NCBI GenBank assembly: GCA_017445245.1
Contig: JAFSUM010000036.1
Coordinates: forward strand, 35,153 to 99,152
Source of the DNA: Bacilli bacterium
GTDB taxonomy: Bacteria; Bacillota_I; Bacilli_A; RFN20; CAG-826
DNA length: 64,000 bases
Reading direction: 5' to 3'
In this document: positions 18,903-29,234 of the stretch, piece by piece
How positions within the stretch are numbered: position 1 is the stretch's first letter
How the letters are laid out: each line of letters starts with the position of its first letter
The notes under the pieces: model-generated
What the model was told of the DNA's origin: nothing
The model's input: only the letters and a program-made list of their open reading frames with translations
Databases searched by the model: none
Made by a program: the position numbers and the translations under genes

Positions 18903-19455
18903 AGTCTTTCTTATCGATCGAGTACCAGACGCTATCTTCCCGCCTGGAAGTCGTCTTGTCTATCAGGTATCCCTTGAGGACTCCGTCTTTATGCATTCCG
19001 GCTTTTTCCATAACGCGTCCGGAAGCCGGATTGGTCGAAATATGGCATGCAACGATCTTTTCCACTTCCGCCACTTCGAACAAATACCGAATAAAGGCTT
19101 TTAACGCTTCTGTGGCGATTCCCCGATTCCAAAACTTGCTTCCGATCGCATCGCCCATTTCAACGAGATTATCCTGAAGCGAGGCACGAACCCCTTCCAT
19201 TTCGCCGATGGGTTCGCCCGTTTCCTTAAGCACAAGCACCCAGTCGAAGCGATAAGGGTCCTCGCTGTTCCTCTTAAGTTTGTAACGGACATAGTTTTCC
19301 GTATCTTGAAGCGAGGCATGCGCGTCCCATGTTAAGTATCTCGTTACCATCGGATCGCTCGTCCAATTCTTATAAATGAAAGGCGCATCCCCTTCCTGGA
19401 GGGGACGCATGATAAGGCGTTCCGTTTCGATGACTCTACTTCCTACGGGTTTCAT
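18892..19455 (-). CDS. GNAT family N-acetyltransferase (RimJ/RimL-like)
   Basis: IETERLIMRPLQEGDAPFIY N-terminal motif and an acetyl-CoA-binding region. The ORF track extends it to 19500; the start at MKPVGSRV (19455) is chosen by analogy, but no clear RBS supports either choice. Confidence 0.65.
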   Translation of the reverse strand: MKPVGSRVIETERLIMRPLQEGDAPFIYKNWTSDPMVTRYLTWDAHASLQDTENYVRYKLKRNSEDPYRFDWVLVLKETGEPIGEMEGVRASLQDNLVEMGDAIGSKFWNRGIATEALKAFIRYLFEVAEVEKIVACHISTNPASGRVMEKAGMHKDGVLKGYLIDKTTSRREDSVWYSIDKKDYGD

Positions 19456-19592
19456 AAGAATATGATGGCACGCCAAAGGCGAACTGCAAGAACAAACCAT
19501 GTCCTATAGCCCTTTTCGATCGCCCTTTTAATTGACGTTTTTCTTGCATAGAAAAAGAGTCCGAATTCATCTTGTTTGCAACATAAAACAAA

Positions 19593-19612
19593 AAAAGCCC
19601 AAGGGCTCTATC
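19593..19612 (-). terminator. Terminator downstream of tRNA-Arg
   Basis: On the minus strand, hairpin AGCCC-ttg-GGGCT followed by TTTTTTT. Confidence 0.45.
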
Positions 19613-19617
19613 CGAGT

Positions 19618-19694
19618 TGGCGCGCCCTAGGTGACTCGAACACCTAACACTCAGCTTCGAAGGCTGATGCTCTATCCAATTGAGCTAAGGGCGC
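19618..19694 (-). tRNA. tRNA-Arg (anticodon UCG)
   Basis: Reverse complement is GCGCCCTTAGCTCAATTGGATAGAGCATCAGCCTTCGAAGCTGAGTGTTAGGTGTTCGAGTCACCTAGGGCGCGCCA. Clean cloverleaf with anticodon loop CTTCGAA. D-arm matches Bacillus tRNA-Arg. Confidence 0.8.
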
Positions 19695-19766
19695 GCTCCA
19701 ACATGATACTCCAATCCGTATCTCCTAGCAGATGCATTTTTCCTCGTTATCAAGGATAATCATCGC

Positions 19767-20174
19767 ATGGCAGAGAACCTCCTTTTATTTGGGCCTAAGC
19801 GCCTCGCCCCCTTTGCAAAGTGCCTTGAAAACGAGTTCGCCGCATTAGGTTTGAACGCTAAATGCGCCTCTTCCCCTAGAACGGACTGCATCAATGTCTT
19901 GCTTCTAGACCCGAAAACATCGCCTGAAGAGTTATACAAAGACCTTCCATGGCTGAAGGAACAATTTGAATACTCTTCGCTAAAGGGTTTCCGCCTTTTG
20001 CCCTTTCTTCTCTTTGATTCGCAAAACGAGAACGTGGAAGAACTCGATGACCAACCAATCGCCGAAGTTCTGGAGGAGGTCCTTTCTGGCGAATTCAAGC
20101 CCTTTGGGTACGACAGGGCGAAAAAGAACCCTATGGAAGAGTTCTTATCGGTTCTTGAAGAATACGAAGAGTAG
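19767..20174 (+). CDS. Hypothetical acidic protein (135 aa)
   Basis: Alternating hydrophobic beta/alpha pattern (LLLFGPKR..., NVLLLDPKTS..., LLPFLLFDS) suggests a Rossmann-like fold, with an acidic C-terminus. Convergent with addA. No family recognised. Confidence 0.4.
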   Translation: MAENLLLFGPKRLAPFAKCLENEFAALGLNAKCASSPRTDCINVLLLDPKTSPEELYKDLPWLKEQFEYSSLKGFRLLPFLLFDSQNENVEELDDQPIAEVLEEVLSGEFKPFGYDRAKKNPMEEFLSVLEEYEE

Positions 20175-20176
20175 AA

Positions 20177-23100
20177 TTACGCGACGTCTTTTACTTCTGC
20201 TTTCGTTATGGAAAGTAGATGCATGCGGATGTCGCTTTCTTTTATCTTGAAGATCCTCGCGGCATTTCGTCGATATACATGTAACTGTGCAACATACTCG
20301 GGATCATCGATATGGGTAGTCTTATAGTCAACGATATGACAGACTCCAGCCGTGTCAAAGAAGAGTAGGTCAATAAACCCGGTCGTATCGAAATCCGTAT
20401 CGTAGTAACCATACTCCGGATAGGCTTTTCCGCGTTTGGCTTCTTGAAGCAATGGGAGCATTAAACAGCGCAAAACAACATCTTTTTCTGCGGGATCTGC
20501 GATAAAATCGAGTTTATTTTTATCTAATTTCGATAGTTGCAAGAGTCGGTGGAGATGACTACCGCGTTCTAGGGCAATTTCATCTACAAAGTCGGGATCA
20601 ATAGGCTTCTTGGAGGCCCTACGTTGTTCCACGGGTGCAAAGGCAATCGGATCATCATTAACCGTATAGCCACCTTGATTGGCCACCGGAAGATCCGGCG
20701 CATCCATTTTTGTATTACCGACGAAGTCACGTTCGTCAAAGATACGGGTGTCATCTTCGAACCCCTCCGCGCGATAGGACTCGTAGGCGATATAAGGAAT
20801 CTTATCGAGTTCAAATGCCAAGGCGGGCAAAAGAGCATCGACAAAAACCTTCCGAACCGGCCAGGCTACGGTATCCGCCCCTTTCGGGGTAGCCTCAAGC
20901 AGGTTCTTCGGCCATGGGTAGGACGGGCATAACGAAATAAGGCTCTCGTTCCGAATCCCTTCGGCAAAGTCGTTGAGGCGTTTTCTCCATTTGCCTTCGT
21001 TTTCGCCTTCTCCTCCGTTAGGCATAGCTTCGTTCACTTTCGAAATTAGCGATTTGAAATCCGTCACGCCATTATCTCGAGCTAGCGAGGGATAGAAGAT
21101 CCTTACATAGATCCTGGCCAACAAATCCAGGTCATCCGCCTTTTGAAGAAGTTTTTTCCGGTAATGCTCATAAAGAGAAGAAAGACTATACGTTAGTGTT
21201 TCATCCCGTTTCTTCCTAAGGGGGTCGATAACGTATTTGTCAAATAACGTCTTGCCAAGCTCGTAACGCTCTCCCATATCAGACGGAGCCAAGGGGAAGT
21301 TTGTCTCGAAAAGAGTATTCTCGATCTTTTGAAAAGCCTTATAGGCGTTCTCGTCCAAAGCGGAATCCCTGCGAGCCTTTTCGAGAAGCTCAGGGTTAAT
21401 GATGACCCGTTTAGGCAAATCGTTCATCATCACATATCCGCAAGAGTCTACGTCCTTCCCAACGAGATAGAACGCATTCTCCGCGCGAGTCAAAGCGACG
21501 TAGAGGATGCGGACGTGTTCATGGGTTTCCACATCTTTGGAATCATCTTTATAAGCCAAGGTTCGAATCGTTGAAATCGGACCCCCAATTGACGAGAACG
21601 GAGTGACATCCTCCGGAATCTCGTACCCTAGATAAGGGAAGCAAATCCCGTGGTCCAAGGAAAAACTAAACGGTGGATTCTTCCGTGCATCTTCCTTCCC
21701 AATGCCTGAATCCGAGCTAGGCATGTATACGATTTTCCGCTCCAAGCCCTTTGAGGCATGGATGGTCATTAAGTCGACGGCCCCCTTGGTTTCGGAAACC
21801 GTTTCAGACTGCAATTTGATGTCGAAATCCTCGATGGAATCAAGGAGAGCGATGAATCCTTTTAAGCCCTGTCCCAGGTCGCGTTCAGCTAAGGCCATTG
21901 CAAATAAAGATTCGATTTTGTTTACATGCGCTTCTACTTCACCTAGGCAGGGAAGAGCGGTGATGACATGGAACGTTTCGATAAGGTCGAGGAAGACTTT
22001 CTCCATGGAAACATCAGAAGAATGGGCCTCGACGAAGCTGTCGATGGTTTTCATGATGGCATCATCCTGGAAGGCGAGATAGGTGACCCCATCTTTGTCC
22101 TTACGCTCTTCGCTTAGCAGAGTATGCAATTTCCCATCGTCATAACGGAAAGCATAACTACGGGCGATCGAAGCGAATAAATGGGCTTCGTCGTTCCTTG
22201 TGTCATAGAGGCGATTGGCCATGATTCCAAGGATGGAGCGAATCAGAATAATCGGCGAAACTTCCCGCAAATCGACGGCAATATGGTTATTTAATGGAAT
22301 CCCATTCGCTAGAAAAAGACGCTGATAAAAGGCGAATTGTCTCTTCTTGCGGACGAGGATAGCAAAATCGCCATACTCGCAAGGACGCAGTTTCTTTTCT
22401 CCTTTTTCTTCCTTGGCCTTTGGGGCGTAAATGAGGTGTCCTTCCTTCACCTTACGGCGGATATCATCAAGGATCGCCATCGCTTCGTAAGCGGGCAAAT
22501 ATTCGGACTCAAGGCTCAAGTTCTTCGGCTGAAGATGGAAAGCGTTAGGTGGGACGATACGGCGGAAACCATAATTGCCCGTATCCACGTCATAAAGGTT
22601 TGCCTGTTCGTCATAGCAAAGGCGTTCCATCTCATCGAGATAATCGATGCCACCGCGGCCAGGTGTCATATAGGAAGAGAAAATGTAATTGATATCGGAA
22701 AGAACCCGTTTGGCGGAGCGATAATTCTTGTTCATCGCGATGACATCGCCTAGACCCTCCTCGCGGTATTGCTTTGCACGCTCTTTGAAATGGTTCAAAT
22801 TCGCGCCGCGAAAAGCGTAAATCGATTGTTTGGCATCGCCTACGCAGAATAGGTGGGCTCTGGTTCCATCGGTGCGAAGACGCGTCAAGGCAGCAAGAAG
22901 ATTCTCCTGCGCATCGTCATCGTCTTGATATTCGTCGATCATGATGTAATCGAAACGGCCAACGATTTCGTCCGCTTCTTTCTTAAATCGACTTTCCTCG
23001 AACAAGCTCATCGCCATAAAACCGATATCGGCAAAGGAGAAAGCGTTCACGCTGCGCTTATAGGCATCAAGACGCGAAATTACTTCTTTCGTAAGGTCGA

Positions 23101-24180
23101 GGAGGAAGAGTTCTTCATCCTTGCACCATAAGGCTTTCTCCGTCGCTTCTTCGAATGTGCCAAGCGCGGTAATCTTTTCGAAAACTTCCCGACTATCTTG
23201 TAATGTCTTCTGCACGGCTTTCAGCCGGTCTTGCTCGATTTTGCCAAATTTTCCTTTCTTCCCCGCACCCCCATACGCCCTCTCGTGGCGCGTGACAAAA
23301 GTAGATGCATCAGAGGCGAATTGATCTGTTGGAAGATTAAGAAGGGAACATAGATCACGGTAGAAATCAGGAAGGAAATCCCATTCTGGGTTCTCCGTCA
23401 CTCCGACCTCGACATCAAGTCTCTCGTCGCTCCAATCTGATGGGGAAGAAAAATCGCGAAGAAGAGAATCGATATCTCCGTTTTCGTTATCCGTCGCGAT
23501 ATCAGCGTAACGACGGTCGAGGAAACGCGTCTTGCATAAGAGGTCTCTGAGTTCCTTTTTCGCGAGTTCTATTTGCTCGTCAAAAAGCTTTCTAAGACCG
23601 TTCTTCGAAAAGAACATCGTCGGATATGAAGCAAAGAATTCGCCTCGTTGTTTTGGAGAAATCGCAAGCAGACGCTTGGACAAGTACAAGACAGATTCCA
23701 CGACTTTTTTCTCATCATGGAAACCAAATTTCGTCAAAACCTTATTAATTTCCCCTTCTTTTCGGCATCGACAAGGCAATCTTGCACGACTTCGTTCGCA
23801 ATCGAAGTGCGCTTTTCTTCCTCGATTGACGAAGGCAAAACGGAAAAGGTTTTTGGCACGTTCAGGGCTTGGGAATTGGCACGGACAAGATAGGCTCGGA
23901 ACGAATCGAAACTCTGGACGTGGCAAGATTGCATCCTCGCGTAAAGTGGATGACCCTCGCCAAAGCGATCGAGAATTCTCGTCTTCATCTCATACGAGGC
24001 GTTATTGGTAAAAGTTAGGACGAGCAACGACTCGGGTTCGATCTCTTTCTTTTCGATTAAGTTGAAAACGCGCTCAGCAAGAGTATTGGTCTTCCCACTT
24101 CCTGCCCCGGCGGTAATCAAAATGTCCCGTTTGGAGGAAGCATGAATCGCCGCTAATTGTTCGTCATTGAACTTCGCCAT
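20177..24180 (-). CDS. addA: ATP-dependent helicase/nuclease subunit A (AddA), interrupted by an apparent frameshift near 23750
   Basis: N-terminal 148-aa ORF (23734-24180) carries UvrD Walker A ITAGAGSGKT. The 1249-aa ORF (20177-23926) carries the helicase and C-terminal PD-(D/E)XK nuclease domains. The two frames overlap; the join lies near GCCGAAAAGAAGGGGAAA. Confidence 0.8.
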
Positions 24181-26584
24181 CGCTTTTGCCTCCCTTCTTT
24201 TCGCGGAAATATTCTTTTACCGTATCGACGAGCTCGCGGGCATCTCTAGCCAAATTGCGGTAGCAAACGTCTTTATAAGTGCAATAACGACACACCGAAT
24301 CTGGACTGACCTTTTCGTTTGGGTCCCGAGGACTCGGAGCGATGGGGAACTCGCCCTTTTGAATGTGATGAATCGTTTCCAATGTCCCCTTTACCGCATC
24401 GTCCATTAGTTCTTGCAGGGAATAGGGCCTGCCTTTGGAAATCCCGGAGAGGAAACCTTTACCCGAGGCATCGAATGTCTTATCCCCTGGGTGAGCATAG
24501 TAGCCGTTATATTCTTTTAACTCTCCGTCTCCGTCGAATACGGTGTCGTCGAACACCCGCCAGAAGTCGGGATTGTTCAAATAAACACCATCCAGACCAA
24601 GGGTGTTATAACCGTTCTTCATCGCAAAGGTATTCTTCTCCGCGAATGCACTTTTAAGGTTATTTGGATAAACGTGCTGCAAACCGATTCCGGCGAAGAT
24701 TCCTTCAATATCCTTTTTTGCACCCCCATTTTTAATCGCATAAGCGTAAAGGGGGAGTTGAGTCGAAAGGCCTAAAAAGGAAGCATAGGGCATGAAATTC
24801 TCTTTTCCGGTTTTATAGTCCGTGACGACATAGAACGTCTTCGCACCGTCTTTATATACGGATACTTTGTCCGCGATTCCCGTAAATCGATACGTGTTCG
24901 CCCCATCGTTAAGACTCCACTCCAGGCGCAGCTCACTATAAGAATAAGCGAGCTTCGAATGGGCTTTCGATGAACGAAGAATCGCTACCATGCGCTTGAA
25001 ATTCTCTTTGGCAACCGCGAAGAGAAGCTCTTCACGCGGGCCAACGGATTGATGGTACTTCGCCATTTGGGCCGCATAGGCGTCCATGCCTTTTGCGAAG
25101 GAGGCGTCGTAGTCATAATCGTCCTTGTCGATGTCTTCGAGAACCTTATGCAGCATGATACCTAGATTCATCGCGGTTCGATCGAAATCGTTTTCGGGTA
25201 AAACCGTCCTCAAATAATATGCATAAGGACAATTAGGATAGGATTCGAGGTTCGTCACGGAATACGTGGTTTTTTCCGGAGGCTGATAATTCGGGATGCC
25301 CTTAAAACGGGAATCATAGGATTTCAGTTCTTCCATCGGCAACGGATAGAACGAGGCGTCGAGCGCAGTACCACGCACCAGAGGGAAGAAGGAAGAGGTA
25401 AATGTGCCATTGGGCTCCACCGAGGTGACGGCTCGTTCCGAATAGCCTAGCTCTTTCTTAAAAGGCGAATCGTAAATGATGTCGCTAAGATGCTCTTTTA
25501 CACGCGAGACCAGGACAAGATTGGCATAGTTTAGCAGAAGGCCTTTCTTCCTTTTCTCAAGCGCGGTCTTGACGTAACTTGGATTGAATCCCATGGAGGA
25601 CAAATCCTTATCGGAAAAAAGGTCATCATCAGCAAACCGCTTATAGAAAGGTCCATCTTGGAAGCAGGTCAAATAAACCTCTTTATGGGTTTGAACGGAG
25701 AAGGAATCGGAAAGAAGAATTCCCCGATCTCCAATCTGTTCATTGACAAAGCTAGACGATAATATTTCGTAGAGTCGAGCCAAAGCGCTTTCTACGTCTA
25801 ATTCACCTAACCGGTATTCGTTAATTAATCCAAGAACCGTTTCTGCCTCAAGTAGGTTTTGTGACGAAGGTTTAAACGAAAGAGACTTCCTTTCACACAA
25901 ATCCTGATAGATCGAGCGATACTCTTCCTTGCCTAGTAGCGGAGCGCGATAACGGTAATACGTTTCAACGCCAAACAGCGTGCCGATCTGACGAGCATAG
26001 AAAACATCTGCTAGCCCAGAAATCTGGATATAACACTTTTTTGCATAGGTTGGATCAAGGAGTAATTTCTTACGGATAACCGCAAAAATATGCGCGAACT
26101 GCTCAAATTTATTGGTAAATAGGAGAGATTCTCGATTGGGTTTTCCCATTTCGATTCCTAAATCGCCGAGCCTAATATCCTGAATGGAGGCACCTGCCTC
26201 CTTTGCCAAACGATGAAGCTCGATATCTTCTTCCATCTCGAGGAAATAGACCTGCCCCAGCGTTAGCTCATAGACCCCTAAGGGATCTCTTTTGATGCCG
26301 GTTGGGCCTAATGAATTCAAAAAAGATTTTGCGTCTTCGTTTTTGTCGGCTAGACCCATTCGAAGTAACAATGAATATCGTTTTGCGTTAGGATAAGAAA
26401 AGCCTTTTACCAACAGCTCTGGAATTATTGGATTGACAAAATCAAAAGAAACTAAATTCAATAGTTGATCCGCATCGATGAGGTCAAAACAAAAATCTGG
26501 ATTCTGGTCTTTTAGTTCATAGATGAACGGGAAGAGACAACGATCGGCTACAACAATATCCTGTGGTGTGAAAGAAGATCTCAT
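24164..26584 (-). CDS. addB: Helicase/nuclease subunit B (AddB/RexB-like, short form)
   Basis: 806 aa. C-terminal PD-(D/E)XK region with Cys cluster ...CRYCTYKDVCYRN typical of the AddB Fe-S nuclease domain. Overlaps the addA start in the usual addB-addA order. Confidence 0.7.
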   Translation of the reverse strand: MRSSFTPQDIVVADRCLFPFIYELKDQNPDFCFDLIDADQLLNLVSFDFVNPIIPELLVKGFSYPNAKRYSLLLRMGLADKNEDAKSFLNSLGPTGIKRDPLGVYELTLGQVYFLEMEEDIELHRLAKEAGASIQDIRLGDLGIEMGKPNRESLLFTNKFEQFAHIFAVIRKKLLLDPTYAKKCYIQISGLADVFYARQIGTLFGVETYYRYRAPLLGKEEYRSIYQDLCERKSLSFKPSSQNLLEAETVLGLINEYRLGELDVESALARLYEILSSSFVNEQIGDRGILLSDSFSVQTHKEVYLTCFQDGPFYKRFADDDLFSDKDLSSMGFNPSYVKTALEKRKKGLLLNYANLVLVSRVKEHLSDIIYDSPFKKELGYSERAVTSVEPNGTFTSSFFPLVRGTALDASFYPLPMEELKSYDSRFKGIPNYQPPEKTTYSVTNLESYPNCPYAYYLRTVLPENDFDRTAMNLGIMLHKVLEDIDKDDYDYDASFAKGMDAYAAQMAKYHQSVGPREELLFAVAKENFKRMVAILRSSKAHSKLAYSYSELRLEWSLNDGANTYRFTGIADKVSVYKDGAKTFYVVTDYKTGKENFMPYASFLGLSTQLPLYAYAIKNGGAKKDIEGIFAGIGLQHVYPNNLKSAFAEKNTFAMKNGYNTLGLDGVYLNNPDFWRVFDDTVFDGDGELKEYNGYYAHPGDKTFDASGKGFLSGISKGRPYSLQELMDDAVKGTLETIHHIQKGEFPIAPSPRDPNEKVSPDSVCRYCTYKDVCYRNLARDARELVDTVKEYFREKKGGKSDGEVQ

Positions 26585-26610
26585 GAAGCGGTTACTTTGT
26601 ACCGCTTATT

Positions 26611-28749
26611 CTATCGCTTCGCGCGCAGGAGCCGCAAGGAATTCAGGGTCAAAAGAACCATCATTCCAGAGTCGGCGATGATCGCGGCTTCCATTGGCAT
26701 ACGGCCATTGAGAACGATCGTCAAAACAAGCATCAAAGCCTTGACCGCCAAAGCGGCAATGACGTTGAACAAAGCCACTCTTCTAGCCCTAGAGGAAATC
26801 TCGAACATGCGAAGAATCTGTTCAGGCTTGTTGTTAAGGATGATCGCATCGGCACCAGTCACGGCTAGGGCCGTTCTGGCTTCTCCGATTGCAACCCCAA
26901 CAGTAGCAAGACCAAGGCAGGGAGCGTCATTGCTTCCATCGCCCAAATAGAGCACCTTCTCCCCGCAATCGAGATATGTTTTGAGCTGACTGAGTTTTCC
27001 TTCCGGCGAGAGTTCAGCCAGGCTTTCATCTAGCCCTATTTCAGCCGAAAACGCTTGCACATGCTCGCTATTATCGCCTGATAGAATCGTAGTTTTAATT
27101 CCGGATTCCTTCAGTTTTTCAATTAAGGGTTTCGTCCCCGGTCTAGGTGCATCTTCAAAACCAAGGGCGCCCAAATAACCCTCTTTAGACGAAGCGAAGT
27201 AGACAACCTTGCCGGCGACTTTTCTCTCCGTTATGGCAAATCCTCTTTCTTCGAGGAACGTCTTGCTGCCAGCAAGATAAGTTATCCCCTCTTTTGTGGC
27301 AACGGTTCCTTTTCCGTCGATTTCCTCATAGGAGTCCGGAATCTCTTCTCCGGCACACGAGGCAAGGACTGCTTTTCCAAGCGGATGTAAGGAATAGGCC
27401 TCGGAAATGCTCGCGGCCCTAAAAAGTGTTTCTTCGCTCTTTATGGCGAACACTTCCTTCAACGAGAACCTTCCTTCCGTTAGAGTCCCAGTCTTATCCG
27501 ACACAAAACGGCTAACGCCTTTCAAATGGTCGATGACGCCGACGTTTTTCATAAGAATTCCTTCCTTGCTCGCAGCGCCTAGGCTTGCAAGGAAGGCAAG
27601 CGGAACCGAGATGACGACGGCGCAGGGGCAAGAAATCACCATGATTTCCAAACCGGTAAATGTCGCCTCTCTCCATTGCATCGAGGCAAACCCTGCGATG
27701 ACGATATAAAGGACCGCAATGGCAAAAACAATCGGGGTATAGACGCGAGCGAAAGAAGAAATGAAACGTTCCGCCCTGCTTTTCGCCGAACCCGCTTCGC
27801 TTAGCATCGCTTCGATCTTTCCGCGGGCGGAGGAAGCATAATCCGCCGTAGCGCGAACCACGATTTCACCTTCTTCGATAACATATCCCCCATATACGGC
27901 TGAACCCGCGCCGACTTTTACCGGTTCGAATTCACCGTTAAGTGCAGAGGTATTACAATAGGCCTCGCCTTCAAGAACTTCCCCGTCTACGTAAAGCTCT
28001 TCGCCTCTTCGCACCAAAACGCGGTCACCTTCCCGTAAAGATTCCGAATCAACCAGGACGCTTCCTTCCTCTAATAGAAGCCTCGAATCGCCCTTTTCCA
28101 TCGCAAAAGCCGCTTCGATTTGTTTTTGTGCATGATTTGACGCTAGTTTTTCGATAACCTCGCCAATCTGGTATAGCCCCATGACGAATATCGCTTCCAT
28201 ATGCCCTTCCAGGAGAAAGAAGGAGTTTTGGAAACTGGCAGCACTTCCATCGAAAGCGTATTGAAGCGAGGCTAGAACAAACGCGCCAGCGGAAGCAAGA
28301 GCCATCAAGAGATGGTCATCAATCGGATTTTTGCGCCGCGCGATATTGTGAAAGATATCCATATAGACGTCGTAGCTGATAAGGACATAGGCGCTTAGAT
28401 ATAGCCCGAAGCGAACCCAGTAGACGTCGCGCAACGAAAAAGCGCACACGAAGAACACCGCAACGCAATAAAGGATTCGCAACAAGAGAATCTTGGTCTC
28501 CTTGTTCCAGAGTTTGGCCTTCTTTTTCTCGGACAGGGGCCGCATATGGATTTCGTCGTCGCTTACGGCATTGATTCGACGCTCAATTTCCTCAAGAGGC
28601 AAAGCTTCGTTCATCTGCAAAAAGATCTTTGAGGTCACAGTATCAATCCGAACGGAAGCAAAAAAGGGATCTTTGGAAATCGCTTCTTCCGCCTCAGCCG
28701 CGCAGGCAGGGCAATCAAAGCCTTCGATATAGTAGACATACCGTTCCAT
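26611..28749 (-). CDS. Heavy-metal translocating P1B-type ATPase (Zn/Cd/Co efflux type)
   Basis: N-terminal HMA domain GFDCPAC. Transmembrane CPC motif ISCPCAV. Phosphorylation site DKTGTLT and hinge GDGSNDAP. Confidence 0.85.
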   Translation of the reverse strand: MERYVYYIEGFDCPACAAEAEEAISKDPFFASVRIDTVTSKIFLQMNEALPLEEIERRINAVSDDEIHMRPLSEKKKAKLWNKETKILLLRILYCVAVFFVCAFSLRDVYWVRFGLYLSAYVLISYDVYMDIFHNIARRKNPIDDHLLMALASAGAFVLASLQYAFDGSAASFQNSFFLLEGHMEAIFVMGLYQIGEVIEKLASNHAQKQIEAAFAMEKGDSRLLLEEGSVLVDSESLREGDRVLVRRGEELYVDGEVLEGEAYCNTSALNGEFEPVKVGAGSAVYGGYVIEEGEIVVRATADYASSARGKIEAMLSEAGSAKSRAERFISSFARVYTPIVFAIAVLYIVIAGFASMQWREATFTGLEIMVISCPCAVVISVPLAFLASLGAASKEGILMKNVGVIDHLKGVSRFVSDKTGTLTEGRFSLKEVFAIKSEETLFRAASISEAYSLHPLGKAVLASCAGEEIPDSYEEIDGKGTVATKEGITYLAGSKTFLEERGFAITERKVAGKVVYFASSKEGYLGALGFEDAPRPGTKPLIEKLKESGIKTTILSGDNSEHVQAFSAEIGLDESLAELSPEGKLSQLKTYLDCGEKVLYLGDGSNDAPCLGLATVGVAIGEARTALAVTGADAIILNNKPEQILRMFEISSRARRVALFNVIAALAVKALMLVLTIVLNGRMPMEAAIIADSGMMVLLTLNSLRLLRAKR

Positions 28750-28751
28750 AT

Positions 28752-29102
28752 CTATAACCTCTCAAGCACGTGTTCGAGGACGACTTCGACGAGTTCTTTC
28801 ACGTGGCCATCCGAAAGCCGATAGAAAACCTTTCGTCCCTGCTTCCTCGTCGCGACCAATCCAGCGTCCTTCAGGATCCGTAATTGATGGGAAACAAGAG
28901 ACTGAGAGGAGCCTGTGATTTCAACGATTTCATTCACCGAACGTTCCAGCACGGGTTCATCGCCCTCGAAATGACAATGCCCCTTATGCCCTTTTAGCTC
29001 GTCTAAGGAATCAGCAAGCAGGCAAAGCATGATTTTTAAGCGCGTTGTATCCCCTGCGATTCGGAGCATGTCGGCCATTTCGGTAAGTAAGATTTCGTCC
29101 AT
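28752..29102 (-). CDS. ArsR/SmtB family metalloregulator (CzrA/CadC-like)
   Basis: Winged-helix protein of 116 aa. Alpha5-type metal site DGH...EH (DxHx10H). Carries a His/Cys-rich insert HKGHCHFEGDE. Immediately upstream of the ATPase and on the same strand. Confidence 0.8.
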   Translation of the reverse strand: MDEILLTEMADMLRIAGDTTRLKIMLCLLADSLDELKGHKGHCHFEGDEPVLERSVNEIVEITGSSQSLVSHQLRILKDAGLVATRKQGRKVFYRLSDGHVKELVEVVLEHVLERL

Positions 29103-29152
29103 TTTTGTTTCCTCGGCTATAACGATAGTCCTTCTAAAAGGAAAAGCAATAG

Positions 29153-29172
29153 AAATATGAACGGTTATTCAT
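29153..29172. promoter_or_regulatory. Candidate ArsR/SmtB-type operator (ATATGAA-n6-TTCATAT)
   Basis: Perfect 7-bp inverted repeat about 30-50 nt upstream of the arsR start. Resembles CzrA/SmtB-family TGAA...TTCA operators. Confidence 0.4.
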
Positions 29173-29182
29173 ATATTTTTCG

Positions 29183-29210
29183 TTTTATAGGAAAAGACCG
29201 ACATTTTCGG
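29183..29210 (-). terminator. Possible terminator after zur
   Basis: Hairpin AGACCGA-aaatg-TCGGTCT with a modest T-rich tail on the minus strand. Confidence 0.3.
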
Positions 29211-29234
29211 TCTCTCTTTATCGCTCATTTTTAC

